Origin: a virus
Taxonomy: Duplodnaviria > Heunggongvirae > Uroviricota > Caudoviricetes
IMG/VR virus record: IMGVR_UViG_3300046491_000064
Span: 40,060-104,059 of that record
Strand: one strand, 5' to 3'
Length of the DNA stretch: 64,000 bases
Part shown: positions 56,097 to 64,000 of the stretch, in pieces
How the letters are laid out: each line of letters starts with the position of its first letter
Numbering within the stretch: position 1 is the first letter of the stretch
Notes under the pieces: model-generated
Seen by the model: only the letters and a program-made list of their open reading frames with translations
What the model was told of the DNA's origin: nothing
The model's database searches: none
Translations under genes and position numbers: made by a program

Positions 56097-56753
56097 ATGT
56101 CTGAACAAATTGAAGTATGGAAATGGACCTCAAGCGGGATGGTTGCTGACCCTGAGTACATCAACTACTCGAAGAAAGGGTTTGTAAGGCTGTCAACAGT
56201 CAATGTGCTTACGGATGAGTTGACTTCTGAACGTAAGCTTCGTCGTGAGCACGCAGCACGAATTCATGTCCTGAGTGATATGGAAAAGCAGGCTACAGAA
56301 TCATTATGGGAGGTTGAAGCCGAGCGTGACGCCCTCAAGGCTGAGGTGGAACGGCTTCATATAGCGCTGCGTCAGGAAGAGCAGGAACACGGCGAAACTG
56401 TGAACCAGCGAGATCAGGCCGAAGGCTACGCAGACTCACTCGCCGGGTCTATCGGTGAGTATTTCCGCGTCGAGATTGGCGAGCATTCGAGCATGAACAG
56501 CCCTTGGGTTGAAGCGGAAAAAGTCATGAATGGCGAATACGCGACCGATTCAGACTGCGAGCGTGAGCGTGACACCCTGCAATCCGAACTGACCAAGGCG
56601 CGGGAGTTGCTGGAAGATTGCCTTGGTCCTGTTAAGGACGCAGAAAACAATGCGGATGACGCTGCGAACGAGCGGCTATATCACAACTTGGGTAATGCTA
56701 TCCGATCTGCGCTGGCCCATCAGTCCGCGCCAACCGCGAATGGTGATGAATAA
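56097..56753 (+). CDS. coiled-coil hypothetical protein
   Basis: GGAG RBS before ATG 56097. Confidence 0.45.
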   Translation: MSEQIEVWKWTSSGMVADPEYINYSKKGFVRLSTVNVLTDELTSERKLRREHAARIHVLSDMEKQATESLWEVEAERDALKAEVERLHIALRQEEQEHGETVNQRDQAEGYADSLAGSIGEYFRVEIGEHSSMNSPWVEAEKVMNGEYATDSDCERERDTLQSELTKARELLEDCLGPVKDAENNADDAANERLYHNLGNAIRSALAHQSAPTANGDE

Positions 56754-56947
56754 TGGAATGTAAATTTTGTGGTTACAAGAATGGTTTCTTTTGGGAAGAT
56801 AGCGAGTATTTCGAAATCACAGGAAAACATGGTGATTTCTGGACACTGGGTAAGCTGAAACGAGAAAACCAAGTATATGAAAATGAGGCACAATTTGCTT
56901 TCATGTGTCCTGTTCCTGAATGCCAACGTACACAAATTGAGGATTGA
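56753..56947 (+). CDS. hypothetical protein (Cys-containing)
   Basis: 64 aa. Confidence 0.4.
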   Translation: MECKFCGYKNGFFWEDSEYFEITGKHGDFWTLGKLKRENQVYENEAQFAFMCPVPECQRTQIED

Positions 56948-56950
56948 CCA

Positions 56951-57511
56951 ATGTTGAAAATCTGTGATTCAAAAGGTAACTGCTACACCGAAGATGATAT
57001 CCGTGCAATCTTCGACGAGGTTAAGCAGCGAGCACATCACCAGCTTGAACTATACAATCCGATGTTGAACCGTAACCGAATGATCTTGGCTGTAGGTGAC
57101 TGGTCTAATGATGGTCATGGTCAGTGTAAAGAATTCACTGTAGAGTACACGGGTACAATCGAACGTGCTCGTGAAGCTCACTTCAATGCTAAGAACGTCA
57201 CAGGTTTCGATCTTCAAGATTTCAACCGTCAGTATGAAGATTACAAAATGAGCGACGACTTACGTGAGATTTGTGTCACTCACGGCTGGACATTCGCTGA
57301 AAACTTTGATATGGACGATCTGATCACCGGTAAAACAATCTGTCTGAGTGCTAATGCGGTTGCCCAACTGTGGGTTAACATTTTGAACTTGACAGACCCA
57401 TCACTTGATATTAAGATGGTGGCCGTCGCGAATCTTCCAACATTGCATTTCTATGGCTTTGATGAGAAGCGTCGTCATCTGAACACACCGGGTTATGGAG
57501 TATTCGAGTAA
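56951..57511 (+). CDS. hypothetical protein
   Basis: 186 aa. Confidence 0.45.
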   Translation: MLKICDSKGNCYTEDDIRAIFDEVKQRAHHQLELYNPMLNRNRMILAVGDWSNDGHGQCKEFTVEYTGTIERAREAHFNAKNVTGFDLQDFNRQYEDYKMSDDLREICVTHGWTFAENFDMDDLITGKTICLSANAVAQLWVNILNLTDPSLDIKMVAVANLPTLHFYGFDEKRRHLNTPGYGVFE

Positions 57512-57642
57512 TGAGAAATCTGGTAGCAAAGCACATGAACACATACAATCGTCCTGCTGTTGAGCTTGACAAGCGACAGAAATATCTGGATGATGAGCAT
57601 GAAAAGGAAGTACAAGAACAACTAGACGAAGAGGAAGAATGA
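57511..57642 (+). CDS. small acidic protein (43 aa)
   Basis: found manually; TAATG coupling. Confidence 0.3.
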   Translation: MRNLVAKHMNTYNRPAVELDKRQKYLDDEHEKEVQEQLDEEEE

Positions 57643-57839
57643 TGGGTTTCATTATCGTTGGTTACGTGATGTATGTCTTACTCACATTATGGGTTTCAGC
57701 CATTGCTGTCTTTGTGCTGGTGAATCCATTCGGTGGCAACAACAATCCACTTGGGATTATTTTTGTGGTATCACTTGCTGTAGCATGTTGGTATGGTACA
57801 TATTATTTGTTCCCTTTCGAAGTCAGTGTGAAGTATTAG
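57639..57839 (+). CDS. small membrane protein
   Basis: 66 aa, 2 TMDs. Confidence 0.4.
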   Translation: MMGFIIVGYVMYVLLTLWVSAIAVFVLVNPFGGNNNPLGIIFVVSLAVACWYGTYYLFPFEVSVKY

Positions 57840-57907
57840 GAGAAGTGTAATGAGATGGCTTGCTTTGGTAGCTTTCATCGGAGTGATGGCCCTTCTGGTC
57901 GCGTACA

Positions 57908-58153
57908 ATGTCAGTCTGTGGAAAGAGTGTCGTCAAACAAACAGTTGGGGTTATTGTATGCATGTGCTCTCAAAATAAATGCAGTGTATGCGGTATGGTC
58001 GAGCCACCAAGATGGTTTGACGCACCGATGAATGAATCGATCAAGGAGTATGCACGTTACTATGTATCTCCTGTCAAACAATATCACCTGACGCTAGAAG
58101 ATGCCGCACGAGCGTGGGGAACACACGAAGGATTAACAGATGTCAGTGTTTAA
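57908..58153 (+). CDS. hypothetical protein with Cys-rich N-terminus (alternative: membrane ORF 57850-57978 in another frame)
   Basis: CMCSQNKCSVCG motif; weak RBS. Confidence 0.3.
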   Translation: MSVCGKSVVKQTVGVIVCMCSQNKCSVCGMVEPPRWFDAPMNESIKEYARYYVSPVKQYHLTLEDAARAWGTHEGLTDVSV

Positions 58154-58682
58154 ACGGTTTCTCAAATGGCTGAATGAAAGTCCATATGAAACGGCTGTAA
58201 ATGAGATTCAAGTACATGCTGAAGAAATCAAAAAGAGATTTGACAGTATGGTCGGTGAACCTGTAATCTCTTTCATCGAGTCGTATGAGCGGGAACCCTA
58301 TCGCTACCGTGTAAGACCTATGAAATCTACAGAGTGGGAAGGCAACGTCTACGGTTGGATGAAAGGAATTGGTAAATACTACAAACTGGTTGACCGCAAG
58401 ACAGGTAGCGAATACACTGCATACATTAGTCAAGAGTATGGAGTGATGCATAGCACTGAACGTCTGAATGAACGTCTGGATCAGGTTGTTGGTTTACCTT
58501 TTGAATTGAACTATTGTGAAAAGGCTGCTATCATAAAGGTTCTAGTGGATCGATACAACAGAGACGGTGTTGTTGGTAAACGCATCTCACGGATTCGTCA
58601 GATGAATCATGACCGTGACCGAGCAATAAAAGATGCACAAGAAAAACAAACAAGACTTGAGTTTGCTAAACAATTCCAGTAG
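58140..58682 (+). CDS. hypothetical protein
   Basis: 180 aa. Confidence 0.45.
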   Translation: MSVFKRFLKWLNESPYETAVNEIQVHAEEIKKRFDSMVGEPVISFIESYEREPYRYRVRPMKSTEWEGNVYGWMKGIGKYYKLVDRKTGSEYTAYISQEYGVMHSTERLNERLDQVVGLPFELNYCEKAAIIKVLVDRYNRDGVVGKRISRIRQMNHDRDRAIKDAQEKQTRLEFAKQFQ

Positions 58683-58692
58683 GATGATGATC

Positions 58693-58881
58693 ATGAGTGA
58701 GATGAAAGACATGGCAATTCAAGATTGCCAATATGCATTAAGCCTGAGTGAGACTGCTTTCAAACAGCATTACCTTCACTGGCGTGGTTCTACAGTCGTA
58801 ATTGGTACAGATGATTACGAATACGCAAAGTGGATCATGGAAATTTACGATAAACGTGGTACAGAGGATTGTTTGCTATGA
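58693..58881 (+). CDS. hypothetical protein
   Basis: 62 aa. Confidence 0.35.
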   Translation: MSEMKDMAIQDCQYALSLSETAFKQHYLHWRGSTVVIGTDDYEYAKWIMEIYDKRGTEDCLL

Positions 58882-59270
58882 AAATCAAAACAGGATTCAG
58901 TATCGTTCGTTCGAGCGACGATATGATTCGCATTGAATTACAAGACGAAGCATCGGGTGCTCGATTCGTTGAAGTCCGCCTGACGTTTGAAGAGTTTGCG
59001 CTTGCTGTAACCGGCTGTCACGTCAGTGATGTAGATACAACTGTCGCCGGACTTGCCAATGTCGGGAAGGTTCGTGTGCGTGAAACTCGTGAGTTGTTAT
59101 GTCCACTGACTTCATACAATACAGATATTCTCGAAGAGTGGTTGGTTAAAAATGCTCAAGAAGATGGCTGGATTGTTGATCCTTACCTTGGTTCACAAAC
59201 AAGCAAGAAATACGTTGACAAGGGCGTACTGCTACGCTACTCTGTCCACAAATTCATTGACGCTGAGTAA
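58869..59270 (+). CDS. hypothetical protein
   Basis: 133 aa. Confidence 0.45.
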   Translation: MFAMKIKTGFSIVRSSDDMIRIELQDEASGARFVEVRLTFEEFALAVTGCHVSDVDTTVAGLANVGKVRVRETRELLCPLTSYNTDILEEWLVKNAQEDGWIVDPYLGSQTSKKYVDKGVLLRYSVHKFIDAE

Positions 59271-59275
59271 TTGAA

Positions 59276-59449
59276 ATGAACGACAGTCATTGCACGCTGG
59301 TTAAAAACATCCTTGAACAGAGTGGTTACACCTTCACCAAGATTGACCAGCATCTCTGGCATCTGTATGATGGTGCCAAGTTCGTTGCAGCCAGTCGTGC
59401 AATTGGTGATCTGGTTCGTAACGAAGGCGTCAAACAAGGCATTTGGTAA
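59276..59449 (+). CDS. small hypothetical protein (57 aa)
   Basis: found manually in gap; antisense ORFs listed here are judged spurious. Confidence 0.3.
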   Translation: MNDSHCTLVKNILEQSGYTFTKIDQHLWHLYDGAKFVAASRAIGDLVRNEGVKQGIW

Positions 59450-59469
59450 AAACACATAGGAGAAAAGAT

Positions 59470-59736
59470 ATGACCAAAGTAACAGTTGAACGTAATAAAG
59501 CTGCTAAGCAGAAAAACATTTTCAATGCCGGTAATCTGGTTGAGTATATTGCCCCGGATGATGAAAGTGAGGGTTACATTGTACTGGTTGTTGACCATCG
59601 AGGTGACACTGATCGGCACTTCTCAGGCGTACAGCTTACTGCCGACATATATGACGCGGCTGGGTCTTTCCTTACCGGATTCTGTAAAGAGTCGTTCCGT
59701 AAGTTTGAAGGAACGGTCACCTTGGAGTCTCAGTGA
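59470..59736 (+). CDS. hypothetical protein
   Basis: AGGAG RBS. Confidence 0.4.
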   Translation: MTKVTVERNKAAKQKNIFNAGNLVEYIAPDDESEGYIVLVVDHRGDTDRHFSGVQLTADIYDAAGSFLTGFCKESFRKFEGTVTLESQ

Positions 59737-59885
59737 TGCAACCACGGATTAAGGAATGGGAGTTCCTTTGGCTTAAATACAGCCGTGTTGGACATGTTGA
59801 ATGTCTGAAGCTTTTCGGTCACACTATCTATCGCAGGTGTGGTAGTATCTGTGAGCTTTTTGGATTTGAATGGGTTCAGAAATAA
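59736..59885 (+). CDS. small Cys-containing protein (49 aa)
   Basis: TGATG coupling upstream, TAATG downstream. Confidence 0.3.
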   Translation: MQPRIKEWEFLWLKYSRVGHVECLKLFGHTIYRRCGSICELFGFEWVQK

Positions 59886-60184
59886 TGTACGTTGATCATG
59901 AACTTAATGCTTTACTTGTTGAGCGTGGTTGGCTTACAATTGAGGACCAGCTTGAACCCGGATTGATGGAACCGTGGATTGCTCACAGTGGCGTACACGA
60001 CTTGCAAACACTTGAGCAATGGGTTAGGATGGAGCGTGGTACATATCTTCGTCTAGCGGCTCGTGTGGAGCTTGGATTAACCACGGTGGATGATCTTCGA
60101 AAGGAAGCAATTGAAGCACGGGTAATTGCACTACATGAAATTCATGCGAATGTTCGCAAGGTAATTAAAGGTCAAACAGAATGA
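59885..60184 (+). CDS. hypothetical protein
   Basis: start at MYVDHE. Confidence 0.4.
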   Translation: MYVDHELNALLVERGWLTIEDQLEPGLMEPWIAHSGVHDLQTLEQWVRMERGTYLRLAARVELGLTTVDDLRKEAIEARVIALHEIHANVRKVIKGQTE

Positions 60185-60366
60185 TCGATATCGCAGACAT
60201 CAAAGAGCTTCAACAATACCTGACAGACACGGCAAACCATGCTACTAACATGATGGAAGTTTACCGTCAAGGTTCAGATGAGTGGTCATTCTATAATGGT
60301 CAGATTGACGGTGTGGTTACTGCCCGCTGGAAACTCCAACAACTAATTGAAAAGGCAAGTAAATGA
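60181..60366 (+). CDS. hypothetical protein
   Basis: 61 aa. Confidence 0.35.
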   Translation: MIDIADIKELQQYLTDTANHATNMMEVYRQGSDEWSFYNGQIDGVVTARWKLQQLIEKASK

Positions 60367-60581
60367 GTAACTGTCCCGGTTGTGAACAGCCAATGATTGA
60401 TGGTCAGACTTTCAATGGTCTACTACAGTGTCATTGGGATTGCACAGACGCAACTCGTGCAAAGATGGGTAACCGTAATGCTGATGACTTGATTCAGCTG
60501 CGTATCAATGCTAGACTTGCTCGCGATGGTGTAAACTCCACACATAGACTGTTTGAACAACTTGGTGGGAAAGTGTTGTGA
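60363..60581 (+). CDS. hypothetical protein (Cys4)
   Basis: 72 aa, CPGC..CHWDC. Confidence 0.4.
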   Translation: MSNCPGCEQPMIDGQTFNGLLQCHWDCTDATRAKMGNRNADDLIQLRINARLARDGVNSTHRLFEQLGGKVL

Positions 60582-60799
60582 ACTTAAAAGATCGTATTGA
60601 ACTTTGTCGTCGTTGGATTCGAGTAGCGGCTGAGACTCGCAGTCCAGTATCACATGGTGTTGCAACAGGTGTTATCCTTGCATTCCGTGAAGATGGTTCG
60701 CTGGATACTGGAACATATAAAGCTTTGCAAACTGAGTTGAACAATGCTATCATGATGGCATATCCAAACATTAAACAAGAGGGTTTCGATTGTGTCTGA
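60578..60799 (+). CDS. hypothetical protein
   Basis: 73 aa. Confidence 0.4.
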   Translation: MNLKDRIELCRRWIRVAAETRSPVSHGVATGVILAFREDGSLDTGTYKALQTELNNAIMMAYPNIKQEGFDCV

Positions 60800-61049
60800 A
60801 CAAGAACTACAGATTCAACTGCTTCAGGCTGAACTGGGTTTAGCAGAAGAAGAGCGTGACTACTGGCGTCAACGTGTCCGTGAATTGAAGCACGAGCGTG
60901 ATTGCTTCCGTGCTGTACTGAAAGGTGCTGAGTATCGTGAAATCGATTCTATTCCACAAGGTGGTGTAGCTCTAGCTTTTGAACTTGGTGTGACTGTTTC
61001 ACAAATCACCAAAGCAGCACTTAGTCAAATCGAGGCACGGGCAGTATGA
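60792..61049 (+). CDS. hypothetical protein
   Basis: 85 aa. Confidence 0.4.
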   Translation: MSEQELQIQLLQAELGLAEEERDYWRQRVRELKHERDCFRAVLKGAEYREIDSIPQGGVALAFELGVTVSQITKAALSQIEARAV

Positions 61050-61240
61050 AACTGAAAGAATTCAAAGGTCATTGGGTTGGTCGTACATACGAATGTCAAC
61101 GCTCTGGTGAACGCTTGACACTAACTGATGATCTGGTACAATTCCGTGCCTTCATTGGTGTAGGTGAAGGTGCAATTGACCTTGGCGATGGTCATTATAT
61201 GCGTATTGTTGGTAATGTAATCGAGGTGAAAGATGAGTAA
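61046..61240 (+). CDS. hypothetical protein
   Basis: 64 aa. Confidence 0.35.
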   Translation: MKLKEFKGHWVGRTYECQRSGERLTLTDDLVQFRAFIGVGEGAIDLGDGHYMRIVGNVIEVKDE

Positions 61241-61508
61241 TACAGCTATAGATAAAATCATTGAAAGCCTGCAACCATCAATGGCTGAGTATGCAGACAA
61301 CAGCAACTTCCATTACTGGATGGATTATGCATGTGAGTTGGACATCCTGACGTTGATGAACTTCAAGGATGAAGACTTGGTAACGTATATCAACAAGCGT
61401 ATCAAGGATAAGTTTGACGCTGATCCTGAGCATCATGCATGTGTTGACGTAGCTGCCTGTATTGAAACACACTTTGCTGAATACAGCGGGAAGTTTGTAT
61501 ATGTTTGA
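61233..61508 (+). CDS. hypothetical protein
   Basis: 91 aa. Confidence 0.4.
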   Translation: MSNTAIDKIIESLQPSMAEYADNSNFHYWMDYACELDILTLMNFKDEDLVTYINKRIKDKFDADPEHHACVDVAACIETHFAEYSGKFVYV

Positions 61509-61704
61509 TACTGAATGGTTGGCTGCAAATCAGTTCTGGCTTGAGCTACATGAAAAAGGATTGACATATGTTCGTCGTGTTGATAGCGACTTGTCATATG
61601 AAGTAAGTTACGAACTGTTCAAAGCTGTAGAAATCAACAAAGATGTAGTTACAGAGTTGACAGCTGATGAACTAGTAAGTAAGATAGCTGCATTGAGCAA
61701 CTAA
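61501..61704 (+). CDS. hypothetical protein
   Basis: start at MFDTEW. Confidence 0.4.
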   Translation: MFDTEWLAANQFWLELHEKGLTYVRRVDSDLSYEVSYELFKAVEINKDVVTELTADELVSKIAALSN

Positions 61705-61745
61705 GCAATAACAAACCACTTGAAATAGAAAGAAGGAAATACAAA

Positions 61746-61898
61746 ATGGGTAACGTAGTTCGCAATGAATCCACCAAACGCAAACTGGACTGGCAAGCAG
61801 AGGAACAACTGCGAGTGAGCAAAAAAATGGATCGAGCGCGACGTGATCTTCAACGATTTAATCGTGAAGCTAAATGGGCTGATGATAGTTGTGAGTAA
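61746..61898 (+). CDS. small basic protein (50 aa)
   Basis: GAAGGAAA RBS; followed by terminator. Confidence 0.35.
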   Translation: MGNVVRNESTKRKLDWQAEEQLRVSKKMDRARRDLQRFNREAKWADDSCE

Positions 61899-61917
61899 CA
61901 AACAGTTGTAAACAATA

Positions 61918-61944
61918 AGCCCCGCTAGTCGGGGTTTTATTTTG
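61918..61944 (+). terminator. rho-independent terminator (gccccgc..cgggg family, as at 32994)
   Basis: agccccg ctagt cggggtt ttattttg. Confidence 0.65.
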
Positions 61945-61963
61945 TCTATAGGAGTAAGTATTA

Positions 61964-62668
61964 ATGACGGATTGGCAGAACTATTATGAGAGTAACCCAA
62001 GAAAAACTTTAAAACATAAAAAGAAATTAGTGAACGGGTTTGGTGTTAATGATTTAGATTATGTGACTGAGATTAGACATGACGGAAAGTCTGTATACCG
62101 CTGTGGTTTCTATCATAAGTGGGAAGGGATGATTCGTCGTTGTTATAGTAAGAATCAACCAATAAAGCACCCGTCATACTCGAATGTTGTTATCAGCGAA
62201 GATTTCAGACACGCTTCTAGCTTTAAAGAGTGGATGTTAAGCCAAGTTTACAAAGAGAAAGGTAAAAATTTATCTCTTGATAAAGACCTTATAAACCCTT
62301 CAGCACAAATATATAGTCCAGAAAACTGTGTGTTTGTGCCTGATTTTGTTAATTACTCTGTGTATACCGGTGCTTTTGTGAAGACTGATGATTACCCTAT
62401 TGGTGTGCAACCATTTACATTGAAGGATGGTATAGATGTCTATCATGCAAGGTCCACATGCAAGAAACATCTTGGTGTATTTTCATCCCCACAACTAGCA
62501 CACAGAGCTTGGCAACAATCTAAAATCGACAGGTTGCACGAAGTAATAAGGCAGTATGAGGTACTAGATTGTTTCAGAGATGATGTCTGTGACTCGCTAT
62601 ACCGAAGGATTCACCTAATCAATGAACAAATTAAAAACGGAGAGCGAACTTACAACCTTGACTTTTAA
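61964..62668 (+). CDS. HNH-family homing endonuclease-like protein
   Basis: YHKWEGMIRRCYS..SLDKDLINPSAQIYSPENCVFV parallels the HNH core of the 46902 gene; AGGAG RBS. Confidence 0.5.
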   Translation: MTDWQNYYESNPRKTLKHKKKLVNGFGVNDLDYVTEIRHDGKSVYRCGFYHKWEGMIRRCYSKNQPIKHPSYSNVVISEDFRHASSFKEWMLSQVYKEKGKNLSLDKDLINPSAQIYSPENCVFVPDFVNYSVYTGAFVKTDDYPIGVQPFTLKDGIDVYHARSTCKKHLGVFSSPQLAHRAWQQSKIDRLHEVIRQYEVLDCFRDDVCDSLYRRIHLINEQIKNGERTYNLDF

Positions 62669-62699
62669 TTGTCGGTAATTAATTTCAAACCCAGAATTC

Positions 62700-63300
62700 A
62701 TTGGCGATTTTTGGGTTTTCATTTTTTATTTGAAAACCGTGGCGGGGTGCCTTTTGGATTTTGACAAATGGGGAAATCGATTTTGACATTTCCAGAAAAC
62801 GTAGAAGTCCAGAAAGTAATTTAGCGAGGCGGATTAAGAATCATTCGCATTTGATAGGGAGAATCAGACTCATTCTCAGATAGGTGGGCGAATGAGAACC
62901 ATTCGCGGAGGTTTTCTAAATCGACAGACAGTCAGGCACCCTCCCGCCGACCCCTCCGGGCTGGCATGTGACAATCATAGCAGAATCGCACACCCTGTCA
63001 ACAACTATTTTTATAAGCAAGGTTCGTGCCAGCTCCAAATGACGCCCACCCTCCCCACCTTGTACTCCAGTGTCTAGCCTATCGGCTGTCGTTCCTGCAT
63101 GTGTGTATTTTACCACAAAGCAAAGACCGTGCAACAACTATTTTCAGATTCTTTTCGCTTGACAGTAAGGCGAAACATCTGGTATTCACGCGCACCCGGT
63201 CATTCAGTAACGCAGAAAGATTCAAAAAAGATGTTGACTCCAGTTTGTAACACTGTAGAATCAGCACCATTCCCAACAAACACATTATAGGAGTGTTTAA
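62700..63300 (+). promoter_or_regulatory. long non-coding control region with dyad-symmetric GAAT..ATTC elements, direct repeats and C-rich tracts
   Basis: no credible ORF; three nearby dyads sharing a GAAT/ATTC core; GATTTTGACA direct repeat; ends with a consensus promoter. Confidence 0.4.
63234..63261 (+). promoter_or_regulatory. sigma70 promoter TTGACT-16-TAGAAT
   Basis: -35 63234-63239, -10 63256-63261. Confidence 0.55.
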
Positions 63301-63301
63301 A

Positions 63302-64000
63302 ATGCCACGCCAAACCGCTTCAGAACTAGGTTTTATCGTTGATCAAACTCGCCTGCGAATGAAACCGGGCGCCGAGGGTTGGAATCAAAAAGCTGAAGAC
63401 GACACCACATTCAAGCGTGATCTGGTTTGGTTGCTTAAAGAGGATGATCAAACCGTTTGCCCGTACTTCAAATCGGAATGCGGTAAGGTGTCGATAGTTT
63501 GTTACTATGCCGACAACTTCGAAGTTATCCCGGAAACTGATTTGAATGTTCCGCCGACACCGCCTCAATACCCTGTAGCTATTCAAACGCCAGCACAGAA
63601 GCGAGGAATTGTCGCAGGTGTAACTCAACTAAAACTTAAAAACTCTAACTCGGACAGTTATAGTCGGAAAACGTGGGTTGTATCTGAGGACGATGGTTCA
63701 GAGTATCCGTTTTTCAGTTCGCTGTGCGGTAGTTCTACAGACCTAGTTTTTGAACTGAAAGACATGAAGATTGTGAATGACCCTCTAGATGTAAACGGTG
63801 CGAATGAACAAACCGACAAAGAACAGGTTCTTAAAACATTCCGTACAATGCTTGAGCGTGCTGTTGCATACCGTTCAGGGACTGTCTTTGACGAATCAGT
63901 GTTCTATCATAAGTATGGCATTTGCGATAACATCGGTAGGTGTACGCCTGACCTTTATAACGAAGACCGAGTAACACACGTTAAGAACAACGTCATTCGA
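63302..64000 (+). CDS. hypothetical protein (5' part; internal duplicated Cys motif), runs past window end
   Basis: AGGAG RBS; repeated CPYFKSECGK / YPFFSSLCGS units. Confidence 0.5.
   Translation, partial: MPRQTASELGFIVDQTRLRMKPGAEGWNQKAEDDTTFKRDLVWLLKEDDQTVCPYFKSECGKVSIVCYYADNFEVIPETDLNVPPTPPQYPVAIQTPAQKRGIVAGVTQLKLKNSNSDSYSRKTWVVSEDDGSEYPFFSSLCGSSTDLVFELKDMKIVNDPLDVNGANEQTDKEQVLKTFRTMLERAVAYRSGTVFDESVFYHKYGICDNIGRCTPDLYNEDRVTHVKNNVIR

Noticed and set aside
57850-57978. 42-aa membrane ORF overlapping the 57908-58153 ORF in another frame
   Set aside because: The two ORFs are mutually exclusive over most of their length. Neither has a strong RBS. The longer one is kept at low confidence and this one is not listed as a feature.
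63326-63628. 100-aa minus-strand ORF near the window end
   Set aside because: Antisense to an RBS-supported plus-strand gene that follows a consensus promoter.
1-64000. CRISPR arrays, integrase/attachment sites, rRNA genes
   Set aside because: No short direct repeats with unique spacers were seen. No tyrosine/serine recombinase motifs were recognised in any ORF. No rRNA-like conserved segments were found.

Overview
This 64 kb window is a contiguous piece of a tailed dsDNA phage genome with about 42-45% GC and tightly packed, frequently overlapping genes. The organisation is mosaic: a lambda-type siphovirus tail module sits next to a T7-type replication module and a nucleotide-metabolism module.

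Layout:
- 1-23.3 kb, plus strand: late structural and lysis module. The gene order is lambda-like: major capsid, head-tail joining proteins, major tail, G/G-T chaperones with a GGGAAAC -1 slippery site, tape measure, M/L/K/I/J-like tip genes and an Stf-like side fibre. The lysis cassette has a SAR-type GH24 endolysin, a 2-TMD holin, and an overlapping i-spanin/o-spanin pair.
- 23.3-28.6 kb, minus strand: an accessory block of 14-15 genes. It contains a UvrD-like SF1 helicase with a degenerate Walker A and an acidic protein. A bidirectional terminator bounds it on one side and back-to-back consensus sigma70 promoters on the other.
- 28.6-64 kb, plus strand: early/middle region with dozens of tiny ATGA- or TAATG-coupled ORFs.
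- Replication genes: T7-type primase-helicase, family A DNA polymerase, FEN-like 5'-3' exonuclease, a DnaQ-like exonuclease and an SSB-like protein ending in the E. coli SSB-Ct motif DIPF.
- Nucleotide metabolism: MazG-like, a ThyX-like protein with THN in place of RHR, NrdH, NrdB and NrdA.
- Three HNH-type homing endonuclease genes.
- An SPFH/band-7 lipoprotein and a protein with an EF-Ts N-terminal-like domain.
- Nine near-consensus TTGACA-N16-18-TA(T/G)AAT promoters and recurrent rho-independent terminator hairpins.
- A 127-nt tRNA-like structured RNA directly downstream of a perfect consensus promoter.
- A roughly 600-bp non-coding control region near the 3' end with GAAT..ATTC dyads.

No CRISPR arrays, integrase or rRNA genes were seen.
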